Source: Dehalococcoidia bacterium
Lineage (GTDB): Bacteria > Chloroflexota > Dehalococcoidia > Lucifugimonadales > Australimonadaceae
Length of the DNA stretch: 64,000 nucleotides
Assembly: GCA_965249325.1 (NCBI GenBank)
Contig: CBDFLP010000020.1
Coordinates: forward strand, 321,428-385,427
Direction of reading: 5' to 3'
Below are positions 1 to 8,678 of this stretch, piece after piece. A program made the translations under genes and the position numbers. A model generated the notes under the pieces. The model saw only the letters and a list, made by a program, of their open reading frames with translations, searched no databases and was not told the DNA's origin. The first letter of the stretch is position 1. Every line of letters begins with the position of its first letter.

Positions 1-1124
1 CCCCTGTAAGTCGCCGGGATCGGCGGGAAGAGTCCTGGAGAGCATCTGGACGCGGTGCTCTTGTCGATGACGATGACGCCCGACTCCAGCCTGGGGATGA
101 CCAGGTTGAGCAGTCCATCGACCGTCAGCGCCCAGCTTTCGCCGGGGAAGCCGATCCCCAGGTCGGAGATATACTGTGGGTTCATGCGGATGCCGCGGAG
201 CTGGCCGTAGTTGTCGACCACTGCCCCGCCCTCAGACCCGGGAGGGTGCGGGCTTCGCAATTGGATGAACTGCAGCCCGGTGTTGAGGTCCTGCCTGCTT
301 CCGGCAACGACCGTGTTCTGCTTGTTGAGGTTCGAAGCGACGCCGAGGTACTGCATCGCCCCGAACTCGTCGCCCACCTGCGGTATGGCGCTGTTCTCCG
401 CGAGGACTACGTCATAGACCAGGCTGGGGCTTACCACTCCCAGCAGGGCCATGTCCAAATCGTCATCCCTCCCGATCACCCATGCCTGACCGGTCGCGCC
501 GCCGGGGGTGACGAAACTGGCTACGGGGGACTGGCCGAGGTTGGACGCTGTGGTGAGTATCTTGCCTCCAGCATCGATCATCACGCCGGTCCAGTGCTTG
601 TCGCCCACTGTCAGCTTGACCATGCCCGGCTCGGCTTTCGCTACCCCTTCCGCCAGCGTGGGAGGAGCCATCGGCGTGGGCGTCAAGGTGGGGGTGGGCG
701 TGTGGGTCGGCTCCGGGGTTGGCGTGTAGGTCGGGGTGGGCCTCGGCGTGCTGGTCGCGGTGGGAGTCGGCGTGTGGGTCGCGGTAGGCGTGGGGGTAAA
801 GGTCGCCGTCGGCTCCGGGGTTGCCGTCGCTGTCGCGGTGGGGGTGGGCGTGGGGGTAAAGGTCGCCGTCGGCTCCGGAGTGGGAGTTGGGGTCGGCTCC
901 GGGGTTGGCGTGCTGGTCGCGGTGGGGGTGGGAGTGGGGGTGAAGGTCGCGGTGGGCTCCGGCGTGTTCGTCGGCGTCGGGGTGTCCGTTGGGGTTGGGG
1001 TGTGGGTCTCGGTCGGCGTCGGCGGGGCGACGGTCGGAGTCGGGGTCGACTCGCCGCAAGCCGCGACGAAGGCGAGAGCGATGATGAACGCGGGAGCTAT
1101 CAGGGCTAGGCGGAGATGCCTCAT
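1..1124 (-). CDS. Secreted lipoprotein, C-terminus cut by the window edge. It has a signal peptide with lipobox, a long Pro/Thr linker, and a trypsin-like (S1/HtrA-type) fold domain with substituted catalytic residues.
   Basis: Absent from the ORF track because it runs off the edge. Hand translation from the ATG (rc of cat 1122-1124) gives [23 protein letters not shown]|[22 protein letters not shown]... The PT-rich stretch runs to about 690, followed by ..[47 protein letters not shown].. Confidence 0.6.
   Translation of the reverse strand, partial: MRHLRLALIAPAFIIALAFVAACGESTPTPTVAPPTPTETHTPTPTDTPTPTNTPEPTATFTPTPTPTATSTPTPEPTPTPTPEPTATFTPTPTPTATATATPEPTATFTPTPTATHTPTPTATSTPRPTPTYTPTPEPTHTPTPTLTPTPMAPPTLAEGVAKAEPGMVKLTVGDKHWTGVMIDAGGKILTTASNLGQSPVASFVTPGGATGQAWVIGRDDDLDMALLGVVSPSLVYDVVLAENSAIPQVGDEFGAMQYLGVASNLNKQNTVVAGSRQDLNTGLQFIQLRSPHPPGSEGGAVVDNYGQLRGIRMNPQYISDLGIGFPGESWALTVDGLLNLVIPRLESGVIVIDKSTASRCSPGLFPPIPATYR
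660..1060 (-). repeat. Low-complexity Pro/Thr-linker coding repeat, including a duplicated block of about 38 bp at 60-bp spacing (787-818 and 847-878)
   Basis: GGCGTGGGGGTAAAGGTCGCCGTCGGCTCCGG occurs twice exactly 60 bp apart. On the plus strand the region reads as GVG-rich shadow ORFs. Confidence 0.8.
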
Positions 1125-1277
1125 GCAGGCTTCACCAACACTTTCGTGAAGTAAATCTCAGGGATTTTACAACGGGCCATGGGAGGGCTGACAGTCCATT
1201 ACGCTGCGGATTGGCGTCGGACTCAGGGCGGCCCCCTCTCAAATGTCCCCCGCAAACGAGGGCAATAGGCGTGGGGC

Positions 1278-1310
1278 AAGATGCGAAATCTCCCTGCCAT
1301 TTCGCATCTT
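1278..1310. other. Perfect 12-bp-stem inverted repeat in the lipoprotein upstream region
   Basis: AAGATGCGAAAT-ctccctgcc-ATTTCGCATCTT. CAAGATGCG recurs at about 1360. Confidence 0.6.
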
Positions 1311-1381
1311 AACTACGTGGCCGTGGTGCGGTGGACGGGCTTTTAAAGGGGTCAGATTCAAGATGCGCGGGCTCATAGCCG

Positions 1382-1432
1382 CCCCCCAACTCCTCTAGTG
1401 GTCCATGGGATAGGCCCGGAGGAGTTGGGGGG
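1382..1432. other. Perfect 14-bp-stem inverted repeat
   Basis: CCCCCCAACTCCTC (1382-1395) pairs with GAGGAGTTGGGGGG (1419-1432). Confidence 0.6.
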
Positions 1433-1439
1433 ACTCTCG

Positions 1440-1676
1440 GGGCCTATTGGAATCCATGGTAGGGATTGGTCGGGGATGGGGGAAGGGGCAAGTGTCGCGA
1501 CCCCCTCTCAGTCTCCCTCGCAGACGGGGCGAGGAGAGAAACCGCGTGCTGTTGCGTCGCTGCGAGGTTCCCGCCTTCGCGGGAATCTCTCATGTTGGCC
1601 TGTCGGCCCACACCACAACCAACGAAAGTAGGCGGGCGGGGCGGCCCCCTCTCTAACTCTCCCCCGCAGACGGTGG
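1440..1676 (+). repeat. Mosaic REP-like repeat array, interrupted at its 3' end by the IS. Modules: GGGGxAAGGGGCAAGTGTCGC, CCCCCTCTC..CGCAGACGG, and the hairpin GGTTCCCGCCTTCGCGGGAAT.
   Basis: Module strings recur at 24741-24765, 56787-56812, 52225-52250 (rc), 52089-52205 (rc), 57023-57050 and 59206-59233. Confidence 0.85.
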
Positions 1677-3045
1677 GGTCACGTCCCCGCAAGTGGTGTA
1701 AGAGCGCCACTCTCGCGGTCTGATCAGGCTGCCCCTGCGGGCAGCAACATCGAGTCCTCCCTCGTGTGCTGAGTCCCCTCGTCGACGACAGGCGTGGACA
1801 GGTAGCGGCGGGCGACCTGCCACTCGTCGTGCTGCTCGGCCAACACCGCACCGATGAGCCGTTGGACCGCGGCCCGGTTCGGAAAGATGCCCACCACGTC
1901 CGTGCGGCGTCTGATCTCCTTGTTGAGCCGCTCCTGCGGGTTGTTCGACCAGACCTGCTGCCAGTGGGCCACGGGGAAGGCGGTGAAGGCCAAGATGTCG
2001 GGGCCTGCATCCGCCAATAGCGCCGCCGCCTGGGGGAAGCGTTCGTCGAGCATGCCCACCATGCGTGCGTGTTGGCCGTGGACGTCTTCCGGCGAGGGCT
2101 GCTGATAGATCGTCCGCACCATCGTCGCCACCCACGGTTGGGCCCGGCGAGGGACCTTGGCGAGCAGGTTGGTCATGAAGTGCGTGCGGCAGCGCTGCCA
2201 CGACGCCCCTGCGAACACCGTGGCGATGGCGTCCTTCAAGCCCTGGTGCGCATCGGAGGTCACCAGCTCCACTCCACCCAGGCCCCGGGCCACCAGCGAG
2301 CGCAGGAACGCCAGCCAGAAGGCGCCGTCCTCGCTCGTGCCCACGTCGATGCCGAGCACCTCGCGCTTCCCCTCCCGGTTGACGGCGGTCGCCACCACGA
2401 CACTGACGTTCACGATCCGTCCACTCTCGCGCACCTTCTGGGTGAGGGCGTCCAGCCACAGGTAGGGATACGGCCCGCCGTCCAGTGCCCTGCCCAGGAA
2501 CGAGCCCACTACACCATCGAGCTCCTGGCAGATGCGCGAGACCTGGCTCTTCGAGATCCCCTCGCAGCCGAGGGCTTGCACCAGGTCCTCGACGCGGCGG
2601 GTGGAAACGCCTTCTACATGGCCTGCTGCACGACCGCGAGCAAGGCGCGCTCACTGCGCCGGCGCGGCTCGAGCAGCGAGGGGAAGTAGCTGCCCTCCCG
2701 CACCTTGGGAATCTGGAGGTCCAGCGTGCCCACCCGCGTGTCCCACGGCCGAGGCCGGTAGCCGTTGCGGTGCGTGAGCCGCTCCGGGCTGCGTCCACCG
2801 AGGCCCGCACCGGTCTTCCTCACCACTTCAGCCTCCATCACCGCCTGCATCAACACCCGCAGCCCTTCCCGCAAGAAGTCAAGGTCGGCATCAGCCGCCT
2901 CCTTGCGTAGCAGCTCCAGCACGTCCATCATCTCCTTGGCCATCGCGTTCACCTCCGCACCGTTGTCGTTCTCGGTGAGGGTGACGCAGTGGCCCTTGTC
3001 TTGCCAGGCCCTCCTGTCTCTTACACCACTTCCTGGGACTCTACT
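1677..3045 (-). mobile_element. IS256-family insertion sequence (1369 bp)
   Basis: Imperfect terminal inverted repeats: GGTCACGTCCCCGCAAGTGGTGTAAGAG (1677-1704) against the rc of 3018-3045, AGTAGAGTCCCAGGAAGTGGTGTAAGAG (22/28 by eye). An 8-bp direct repeat GACGGTGG flanks the element at 1669-1676 and 3046-3053. It encloses a Mutator/IS256-type transposase. Confidence 0.85.
1724..2943 (-). pseudogene. IS256-family transposase, disrupted by a 1-nt frameshift near 2617-2620
   Basis: The N-terminal part MAKEMMDVLELLRKE...LLAVVQQAM* stops at 2614. The next frame continues VEGVSTRRVEDLVQALGCEGISKSQVSRICQ... to 1724. DDE-region motifs WLDALTQKV, VTSDAHQGL and ERLNKEIRRRT are present. Confidence 0.85.
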
Positions 3046-3115
3046 GACGGTGGAGAGGACTTTCGAAGCAATGACGGAAGGGGAGACTCCCCCGCAGGCA
3101 GACGGGAGAGAGGCT
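3046..3115 (+). repeat. Right-hand remainder of the REP composite split by the IS, plus one further CCCCCGCAGxCAGACGGGAGAGAGG module
   Basis: GACGGTGGAGAGGACTTTCGAAGCAATGACGG equals the rc of 52073-52104. Confidence 0.85.
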
Positions 3116-3123
3116 CCAGCGTG

Positions 3124-3166
3124 TGCTATACTCCTATACGACCCCCGCCTGACGGGGGTTTCATTG
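3124..3166 (+). promoter_or_regulatory. Candidate prfA leader with an extended -10 (TGcTATACT) followed by a 7-bp-stem hairpin and a T-rich run
   Basis: TGCTATACT at 3124-3132, then ACCCCCG-cctga-CGGGGGT (3141-3159) followed by TTCATTG, about 20 nt before the prfA GTG. Confidence 0.3.
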
Positions 3167-3181
3167 TGAAAGCGGCCAGCC

Positions 3182-4267
3182 GTGTTCGAGCGTCTCGAGA
3201 ATCTCCTGAAACGCAGCGAAGAGATCGACGAACTCTTCGCCAAGCCTGAAGCCGTCTACGACCCGGAGCAAGTCAACAAGCTCGCCAAGGAGCGCTCCGA
3301 CCTCCAGCCCGTCGTGACGGCTTACCGGCAGCTCCAAGCCGCCCAGGCCGACCTCGCCGACGCCAAGTCGCTGGCGGGCGATGACGACCCCGAGGTGGCC
3401 ACTATGGCCCGCGAGGAGATCGAGCGCCTCTCCGCCGACATGGAGCGTTTGGAATCGGAGCTGCGGACCACCCTCATCCCGAAAGACCCCCGCGACGGCA
3501 AGAACGTCATCATGGAGATACGGGGCGGCACGGGCGGCGACGAGGCTGCGCTCTTCGCCGGCGACCTCTTCCGCATGTACCAGCGCTACGCCCAGCGGCA
3601 CAGGCTGCAGGTCGAAATCGTCAACACGAGCGAGACGGAGGGGGGCGGCTTCAAGGAGGTCGTCTGTTCCATCGCCGGGCGGGGCGCCTACCGGCAGCTC
3701 AAGCATGAGAGCGGCGTCCACCGCGTTCAGCGCGTGCCCGTCACCGAGGCCCAGGGCCGCATCCATACGTCCACCGCCACCGTCGCCGTCCTGCCCGAGG
3801 CCGACGAGGTGGACGTAGCGATCAGGCCGGAGGACCTTCGGATCGACATCTTTCACTCCGGCGGCCCCGGCGGACAGAACGTCAACAAGGTTGCAACGGC
3901 CGTGCGCGTCGTCCATAACCCCACCGGCATCGTGGTCGTATCCCAGGGCGAGCGCTCACAGCTACGCAACAAGAACGAGGCGCTCGCAGTGCTGCGCTCC
4001 CGGCTCTACGAGCAGCAGATGCAGGAGCAGCACGCCTCCGCCTCCGCGACGCGGCGCTCCCAAGTGGGCAGCGGCGAACGCTCTGAGAAGATTCGCACGT
4101 ACAACTTCCCGCAGGACCGCCTCACGGACCACCGCATCGGCATGTCCATCCACGGCTTGCAAGAGATCATGGCCGGCACCGGCCAGTTCGACTCCCTCGT
4201 CGAGGCCCTCCTCCAGGAAGAGCAGACTCGGCTGCTGGAAGAGGGTGGCGAGGACAGCGCCGCCTGA
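3182..4267 (+). CDS. prfA: Peptide chain release factor 1
   Basis: PxT-type tripeptide context RVPVTEAQGRIHTS, GGQ motif SGGPGGQNVNK, uninterrupted 361-aa ORF. Confidence 0.95.
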   Translation: MFERLENLLKRSEEIDELFAKPEAVYDPEQVNKLAKERSDLQPVVTAYRQLQAAQADLADAKSLAGDDDPEVATMAREEIERLSADMERLESELRTTLIPKDPRDGKNVIMEIRGGTGGDEAALFAGDLFRMYQRYAQRHRLQVEIVNTSETEGGGFKEVVCSIAGRGAYRQLKHESGVHRVQRVPVTEAQGRIHTSTATVAVLPEADEVDVAIRPEDLRIDIFHSGGPGGQNVNKVATAVRVVHNPTGIVVVSQGERSQLRNKNEALAVLRSRLYEQQMQEQHASASATRRSQVGSGERSEKIRTYNFPQDRLTDHRIGMSIHGLQEIMAGTGQFDSLVEALLQEEQTRLLEEGGEDSAA

Positions 4268-4275
4268 GCGCTCCC

Positions 4276-5121
4276 GTGCCGGACCTCGGGCTCCTCGTTC
4301 GCAAGACAGCCGTACGCCTCGAAACCGCCGGCATCGGCGACGCGCGGCTCGAAGCGGACCTCATCTGGATGACCGCCCTCGGCGTCGACCGCGCCCACCT
4401 CTATGCCGCATTCAACGAGCCAGTGCCGGAAGACGGCGCGGAGCGCGCAGCCGAGCTCATGGCCCGCCGTCTGGCCCGTGAGCCGGTCGCCTACCTCATG
4501 GGCAAGCGCGAGTTCTACGGCGTCGAGATCGTGGTCGGGCCCGGCGTGCTCATTCCTCGGCCCGATACCGAGACCGTCGTCGAGGAGACTCTCCGGTTGA
4601 TCGAGCGCATCGACGCGCCGTGCATCGCCGACGTGGGATGCGGCAGCGGGGCCATCGCCGTTGCGCTCGCCGTAACGCGCGCCGACGCGACCGTCTATGC
4701 GCTGGACGTCGCGCCCCGCGCCCTCGAACTGACGGTGCTCAACGCCGACGCGAACGGCGTCTCGGACAGGGTCCAGGTCATCGCGAGCGACCTGCTCTCC
4801 GCTCTCCCCGGGCCAGTCCATGCCATCGCCGCCAACCTTCCCTACGTGCGGTCGGACGAGCTCCCCACCCTCGATCCGGAGGTGCGTCTGTTCGAGCCGC
4901 GGGAAGCTCTCGACGGCGGGGACGACGGCCTTTCGCTTGTCCGGCGGCTGCTCGCCGAGGCGGGCGCCTGTCTGTATCCGGGGGGCTCCGTCGTCATGGA
5001 GATGGACCCGCGACAGATCGAAGCGGCCTCGCAGACTGCCGCCGTTTGCCTTCCGTCGGCCAAGACGCGCGTCGTCCACGACCTCGCCGGACGCGAGCGC
5101 GTCCTCGTCGTCGAGACGTAG
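4276..5121 (+). CDS. prmC: Release-factor glutamine N5-methyltransferase (HemK/PrmC)
   Basis: Directly follows prfA. SAM-binding DVGCGSGAI. NPPY-type motif reads ANLPYV. Confidence 0.9.
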   Translation: MPDLGLLVRKTAVRLETAGIGDARLEADLIWMTALGVDRAHLYAAFNEPVPEDGAERAAELMARRLAREPVAYLMGKREFYGVEIVVGPGVLIPRPDTETVVEETLRLIERIDAPCIADVGCGSGAIAVALAVTRADATVYALDVAPRALELTVLNADANGVSDRVQVIASDLLSALPGPVHAIAANLPYVRSDELPTLDPEVRLFEPREALDGGDDGLSLVRRLLAEAGACLYPGGSVVMEMDPRQIEAASQTAAVCLPSAKTRVVHDLAGRERVLVVET

Positions 5122-5125
5122 GGGA

Positions 5126-7642
5126 TTAGTCGGGCGGGGGCGACGGCGGCTCGCCGGGACCCTCGCGCCGGTCGCGGTCGCGTTCCTCCCCGGACGCGAT
5201 GTCGACCGGGGGCCCAGGCTCCTTGGGCTCGCGGGAGCGCCGAGCGGGCTCACGGAGGCGTTCATCCATCTGCGCTAGCGTCGCCATGACCAGGCTGTTG
5301 ATGCTTCCTTCCGGGTAATGCCCATCCTCGTCCTGCTCACCAGCAGGCGCGCCCATGAGCAGCTCGACGCCCTGCTCCACTGTCTCCACCGCGTACACGT
5401 TGAACAGTCCCTCCCGGACGGCGTCGACCACCTCGTCGTTCAACACGAGGTTGCGGACGTTCGACGCGGGGATGAGCACTCCCTGCCGTCCCGTCAGCCC
5501 CCGCGCCTTGCAGACCTCGAAGAATCCCTCGATCTTTCGCGTCGCGCCCCCGATGGCTTGCACCTGGCCCTGCTGGTCGATGGAGCCCGTGACCGCGAGG
5601 CCTTGGTCTATCGGGACGTTCGCCAGGCTGGAGAGCAACGCGTACAGCTCCGTGCTCGACGCGCTGTCCCCATCGACCTCCTCGTAGGTCTGCTCGAACG
5701 CGATGCTCGCCCGCATGGGCAGCGTCGCGTCCAGGCCGTACTTCCCCATGAGGTAGCCCATGAGTATCTGGAATCCCTTGCTGTGGATGCGCCCGCTCAT
5801 CTGGCTCGCTTGCTCCACGTTCGCCAGCTCTCCCCGCCCAAGCGCGACCCGCGCCGTAAGGCGGGACGGCCGGCCAAAGGAGTAGTCGCCCATGTCGATA
5901 ACGGCGAGCCCGTTGATCTGCCCGACCACTCGCCCGTCCACCTCAACGCGTATCGTTCCTTCGTCGTATAGGTCTTGCAGGCGTTCTTCGATGCGGTTGG
6001 AGCGGCTCCTCGCCTCGTCCACCGCCGCCTGCACGTGCTCGCGCGTCACCATGTCGCTCCCGACCTGCCTCGCCCAGAAGCTCGCCTCGATGACCAGGTC
6101 CGCGACATCCGCGAACCGTGCGCTCAGGCGCTCCTGGTCCTCCACGAAGCGAGCCGATTGCTCGATGACCCTAGCGACCCCCGATGCGTCGAAGGGCAGC
6201 AGGCCGTCCTCTTGGATGCGGTTCACCACAAAGGACGCGTAACGGCGGATGTTCTCGGCGTTCAGCTCTATCTCGGTGGAGAAGTCCGCCTTCACCTTGA
6301 ACAGTTTCGGAAAGTCCTCGTCGTATAGCAGCAGCGTTCGGGCGAGGTGCGGATTGCCGATGAGGACGACCTTTACGTCCAACGGCACCGGCTCAGGCTC
6401 GATGCTGGTGGTCGGGACGAGCGCTATCTGCTCACCGAGGCTCTCGATCCGCGCTTCGCCGCTCTGCAGAGCCTGCTTCAGGCTCTGCCAGAGGCCGGGG
6501 ACGGCGAGTAGGTCCTTGGCGTGGAAGACGAGGAAGCCTCCGTTCGCCCGGTGCAGCGAGCCGGGGTGGACTTCCGTGAAGTCGGTCGTCATCGCGCCGT
6601 TGCGGAACGCGTGGTCGGCCCTGCCGAATACGTTGTAGTGCGTGGGGCTCTGCTCGAAGACCACTGGGGCCCCGTTCGTGCGCGAGTGATCGACGAAGAC
6701 GTTCACGCGATAGCAAAGCAGCGTCGCTTCGGCCTGAGCGAACTCCGGGGCAGGCGCCCCGTCGCGCGCGCCAAAGAAAATATGGATGCCGCTCAGCATG
6801 TCCTCGCGCACTTCGCGCAGGTACTGGACGGCCTCGCCATGCTCTCCGTAGTACTCGCGCAGCTCCGCGAACAGCGGTCGGAGCGCGAACTCCGCCACCT
6901 CCCGGTTGACCGCGCTCCGCACCCGGTTCGCCTCCCGCTCGGTCTGGCGCATCTCTCCTATCTGCTGGGTGATGAGGCCCTGAAGCTCTTCCTGGCGTTT
7001 CTGCGCCTCCTGCGCCTCCTCGCTGGAGAGGGCGTTGAGCTCCTCGCGAGACATCGGCTCGCCCGTGGGGCCGAGGGGGACCGCCACGATTCCGGCGTCG
7101 CTCATCCTGAGACTCATTCCCCGGCGGCTCGCCTCCTCGACCATGCGTTCGTTGATGGCCCGCTGCCTCTGCTGCACTTCCGCGAGGGCCTCCTCGACCC
7201 GACGCTCGTACTCCTTGCTCTCGAACGCCCTGGGCACCCGGACACGCGCCTCCGACACCAGCTCGTCCATGTCGCTCGCGAGCTGACGGCCCATGCCGGC
7301 AGGGAGGCTTATCCCGCGCGGCCGCTTGGGGTCTGCGAAGCTGTGGACGTACACCCAATCGTTCGGCACGGGCCGTCTTGCCGCCGTCTGCCGCAGCAGC
7401 GCCCGCAGCGTCGTCGACCGCCCCGTACCCGGCGCGCCGGACACGAAGATGTTGAACCCCCGCTGCTCAACTCCCAGCCCAAATTCCAGGGCCCGCAACG
7501 CCCGGTCCTGCCCGATCGTCCCCTCCAACGGCGGAACCTCGCGCGTCGTGTCGAAACCGAGCTCCGACTCGGACAGCCGCACCGTCAACTTCTCGACGGG
7601 CGTCCTCAGCCGCGACTTGATATCCGATGGGGGTAAGGTCAT
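5126..7642 (-). CDS. LonC-like (COG1067-type) Lon protease with degenerate AAA+ motifs and an inserted coiled-coil helical domain
   Basis: The C-terminal S16 domain carries a Ser-Lys dyad context (VDGDSASSTELYALLS, GGATRKIEGF). Walker A reads GAPGTGRST (Arg in place of Lys). The Walker B position reads GGFLVFHAKD. Confidence 0.8.
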   Translation of the reverse strand: MTLPPSDIKSRLRTPVEKLTVRLSESELGFDTTREVPPLEGTIGQDRALRALEFGLGVEQRGFNIFVSGAPGTGRSTTLRALLRQTAARRPVPNDWVYVHSFADPKRPRGISLPAGMGRQLASDMDELVSEARVRVPRAFESKEYERRVEEALAEVQQRQRAINERMVEEASRRGMSLRMSDAGIVAVPLGPTGEPMSREELNALSSEEAQEAQKRQEELQGLITQQIGEMRQTEREANRVRSAVNREVAEFALRPLFAELREYYGEHGEAVQYLREVREDMLSGIHIFFGARDGAPAPEFAQAEATLLCYRVNVFVDHSRTNGAPVVFEQSPTHYNVFGRADHAFRNGAMTTDFTEVHPGSLHRANGGFLVFHAKDLLAVPGLWQSLKQALQSGEARIESLGEQIALVPTTSIEPEPVPLDVKVVLIGNPHLARTLLLYDEDFPKLFKVKADFSTEIELNAENIRRYASFVVNRIQEDGLLPFDASGVARVIEQSARFVEDQERLSARFADVADLVIEASFWARQVGSDMVTREHVQAAVDEARSRSNRIEERLQDLYDEGTIRVEVDGRVVGQINGLAVIDMGDYSFGRPSRLTARVALGRGELANVEQASQMSGRIHSKGFQILMGYLMGKYGLDATLPMRASIAFEQTYEEVDGDSASSTELYALLSSLANVPIDQGLAVTGSIDQQGQVQAIGGATRKIEGFFEVCKARGLTGRQGVLIPASNVRNLVLNDEVVDAVREGLFNVYAVETVEQGVELLMGAPAGEQDEDGHYPEGSINSLVMATLAQMDERLREPARRSREPKEPGPPVDIASGEERDRDRREGPGEPPSPPPD

Positions 7643-7817
7643 CCCAAAGGCTCCCGCCCGCGTAATTGTCAGGCGATGGGAGCTTACCGCGCCGACGGGG
7701 GAAGGTTAACCACAACCGGAAGGCCGGAAATGCGAAGTGTCGCTGTCCTTCGTCCCCGATCAGACCTTGGCTGGGGCGCCCTGTCCCTCCCCGCCGGACG
7801 GCGATAACCTAGGGCGC

Positions 7818-8615
7818 ATGACCTACTCAGACATCCTCTACGAGAAGTCCGGCGGCGCCGCCACCATCACCATCAACCGGCCCGAGGTGCGCAACGCCTT
7901 CCGCCCCCTCACGGTCGACGAGATGATCGAGGCGTTCCAGGACGCCTGGGAAGACGACGACATCGGCGTAGTCATCCTCACCGGGGCGGGGGACAAGGCT
8001 TTCTCCAGCGGCGGGGACCAGAAGGTGCGGGGCAAGGACGGCTACCAGGACGGGACGGGCCATACGAAGCTTCGCATCACGGAGCTGCACGCCGTCATTC
8101 GCATGATCCCCAAGCCGGTCATCGCCGCGATCAACGGTTACGCCGTCGGCGGCGGGCACGTCCTCCACGTCATCTGCGACCTCTCCTTGGCGTCGGAGAA
8201 TGCCATCTTCGGCCAGTCCGGCCCCAAGGTGGGCAGCTTCGATGCGGGCTTCGGCACGGTGTTCCTAGCGCGCGTCGTGGGCGAGAAGAAGGCCCGCGAG
8301 ATCTGGTACCTGTGCCGTCAGTACTCGGCCCAAGAGGCGCTCGACATGGGCCTTGTGAACAAGGTGGTCCCGCTCGACGGTCTCATGGCCGAGGCGCGCG
8401 CGTGGGCGGACCGCATCCTGGAGATGAGCCCCACCGCGCTGCGCTTCCTCAAGGCGTCCTTCAACCAGGACACGGACTGGGTCTACGGCCTGCAACAGAT
8501 GGCCCACGGGGCCGTGCAGATGTTCTACAACACGGACGAGGCCGAGGAAGGCGTCCGCGCCTTCAACGAGAAGCGTCCCCCGGACTTCTCGCCGTACCGC
8601 AAGCAGTCGTGGTAG
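7818..8615 (+). CDS. menB: 1,4-dihydroxy-2-naphthoyl-CoA synthase
   Basis: Crotonase fold. [58 protein letters not shown]. Start moved to the internal ATG at 7818. Confidence 0.9.
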   Translation: MTYSDILYEKSGGAATITINRPEVRNAFRPLTVDEMIEAFQDAWEDDDIGVVILTGAGDKAFSSGGDQKVRGKDGYQDGTGHTKLRITELHAVIRMIPKPVIAAINGYAVGGGHVLHVICDLSLASENAIFGQSGPKVGSFDAGFGTVFLARVVGEKKAREIWYLCRQYSAQEALDMGLVNKVVPLDGLMAEARAWADRILEMSPTALRFLKASFNQDTDWVYGLQQMAHGAVQMFYNTDEAEEGVRAFNEKRPPDFSPYRKQSW

Positions 8616-8678
8616 TGGCGGGAGGATGCTCGCTGGCACGCCCCGTCATGCCGGGCGAGGTCTTGGTATCCTCCCACC

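Noticed and set aside
246-1149. Plus-strand Gly/Val/Arg-rich ORFs (246-1109, 736-1149); the same pattern occurs at 26746-27360
   Set aside because: They are the reverse-complement reading of Pro/Thr-linker coding repeats. The minus-strand frame has a signal peptide, a lipobox and a folded domain.
1653-2810. 385-aa minus ORF inside the IS
   Set aside because: It is an alternative frame overlapping the recognisable IS256 transposase reading frames, with no motifs.
3182-4267. Possible prfB with a programmed +1 frameshift
   Set aside because: The ORF is uninterrupted, carries a PxT-type (PVT) rather than SPF tripeptide, and is followed by prmC. It is RF1.
4006-5265. 419-aa minus-strand ORF spanning prfA and prmC
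   Set aside because: It overlaps two confidently assigned plus-strand genes and has no recognisable domain.
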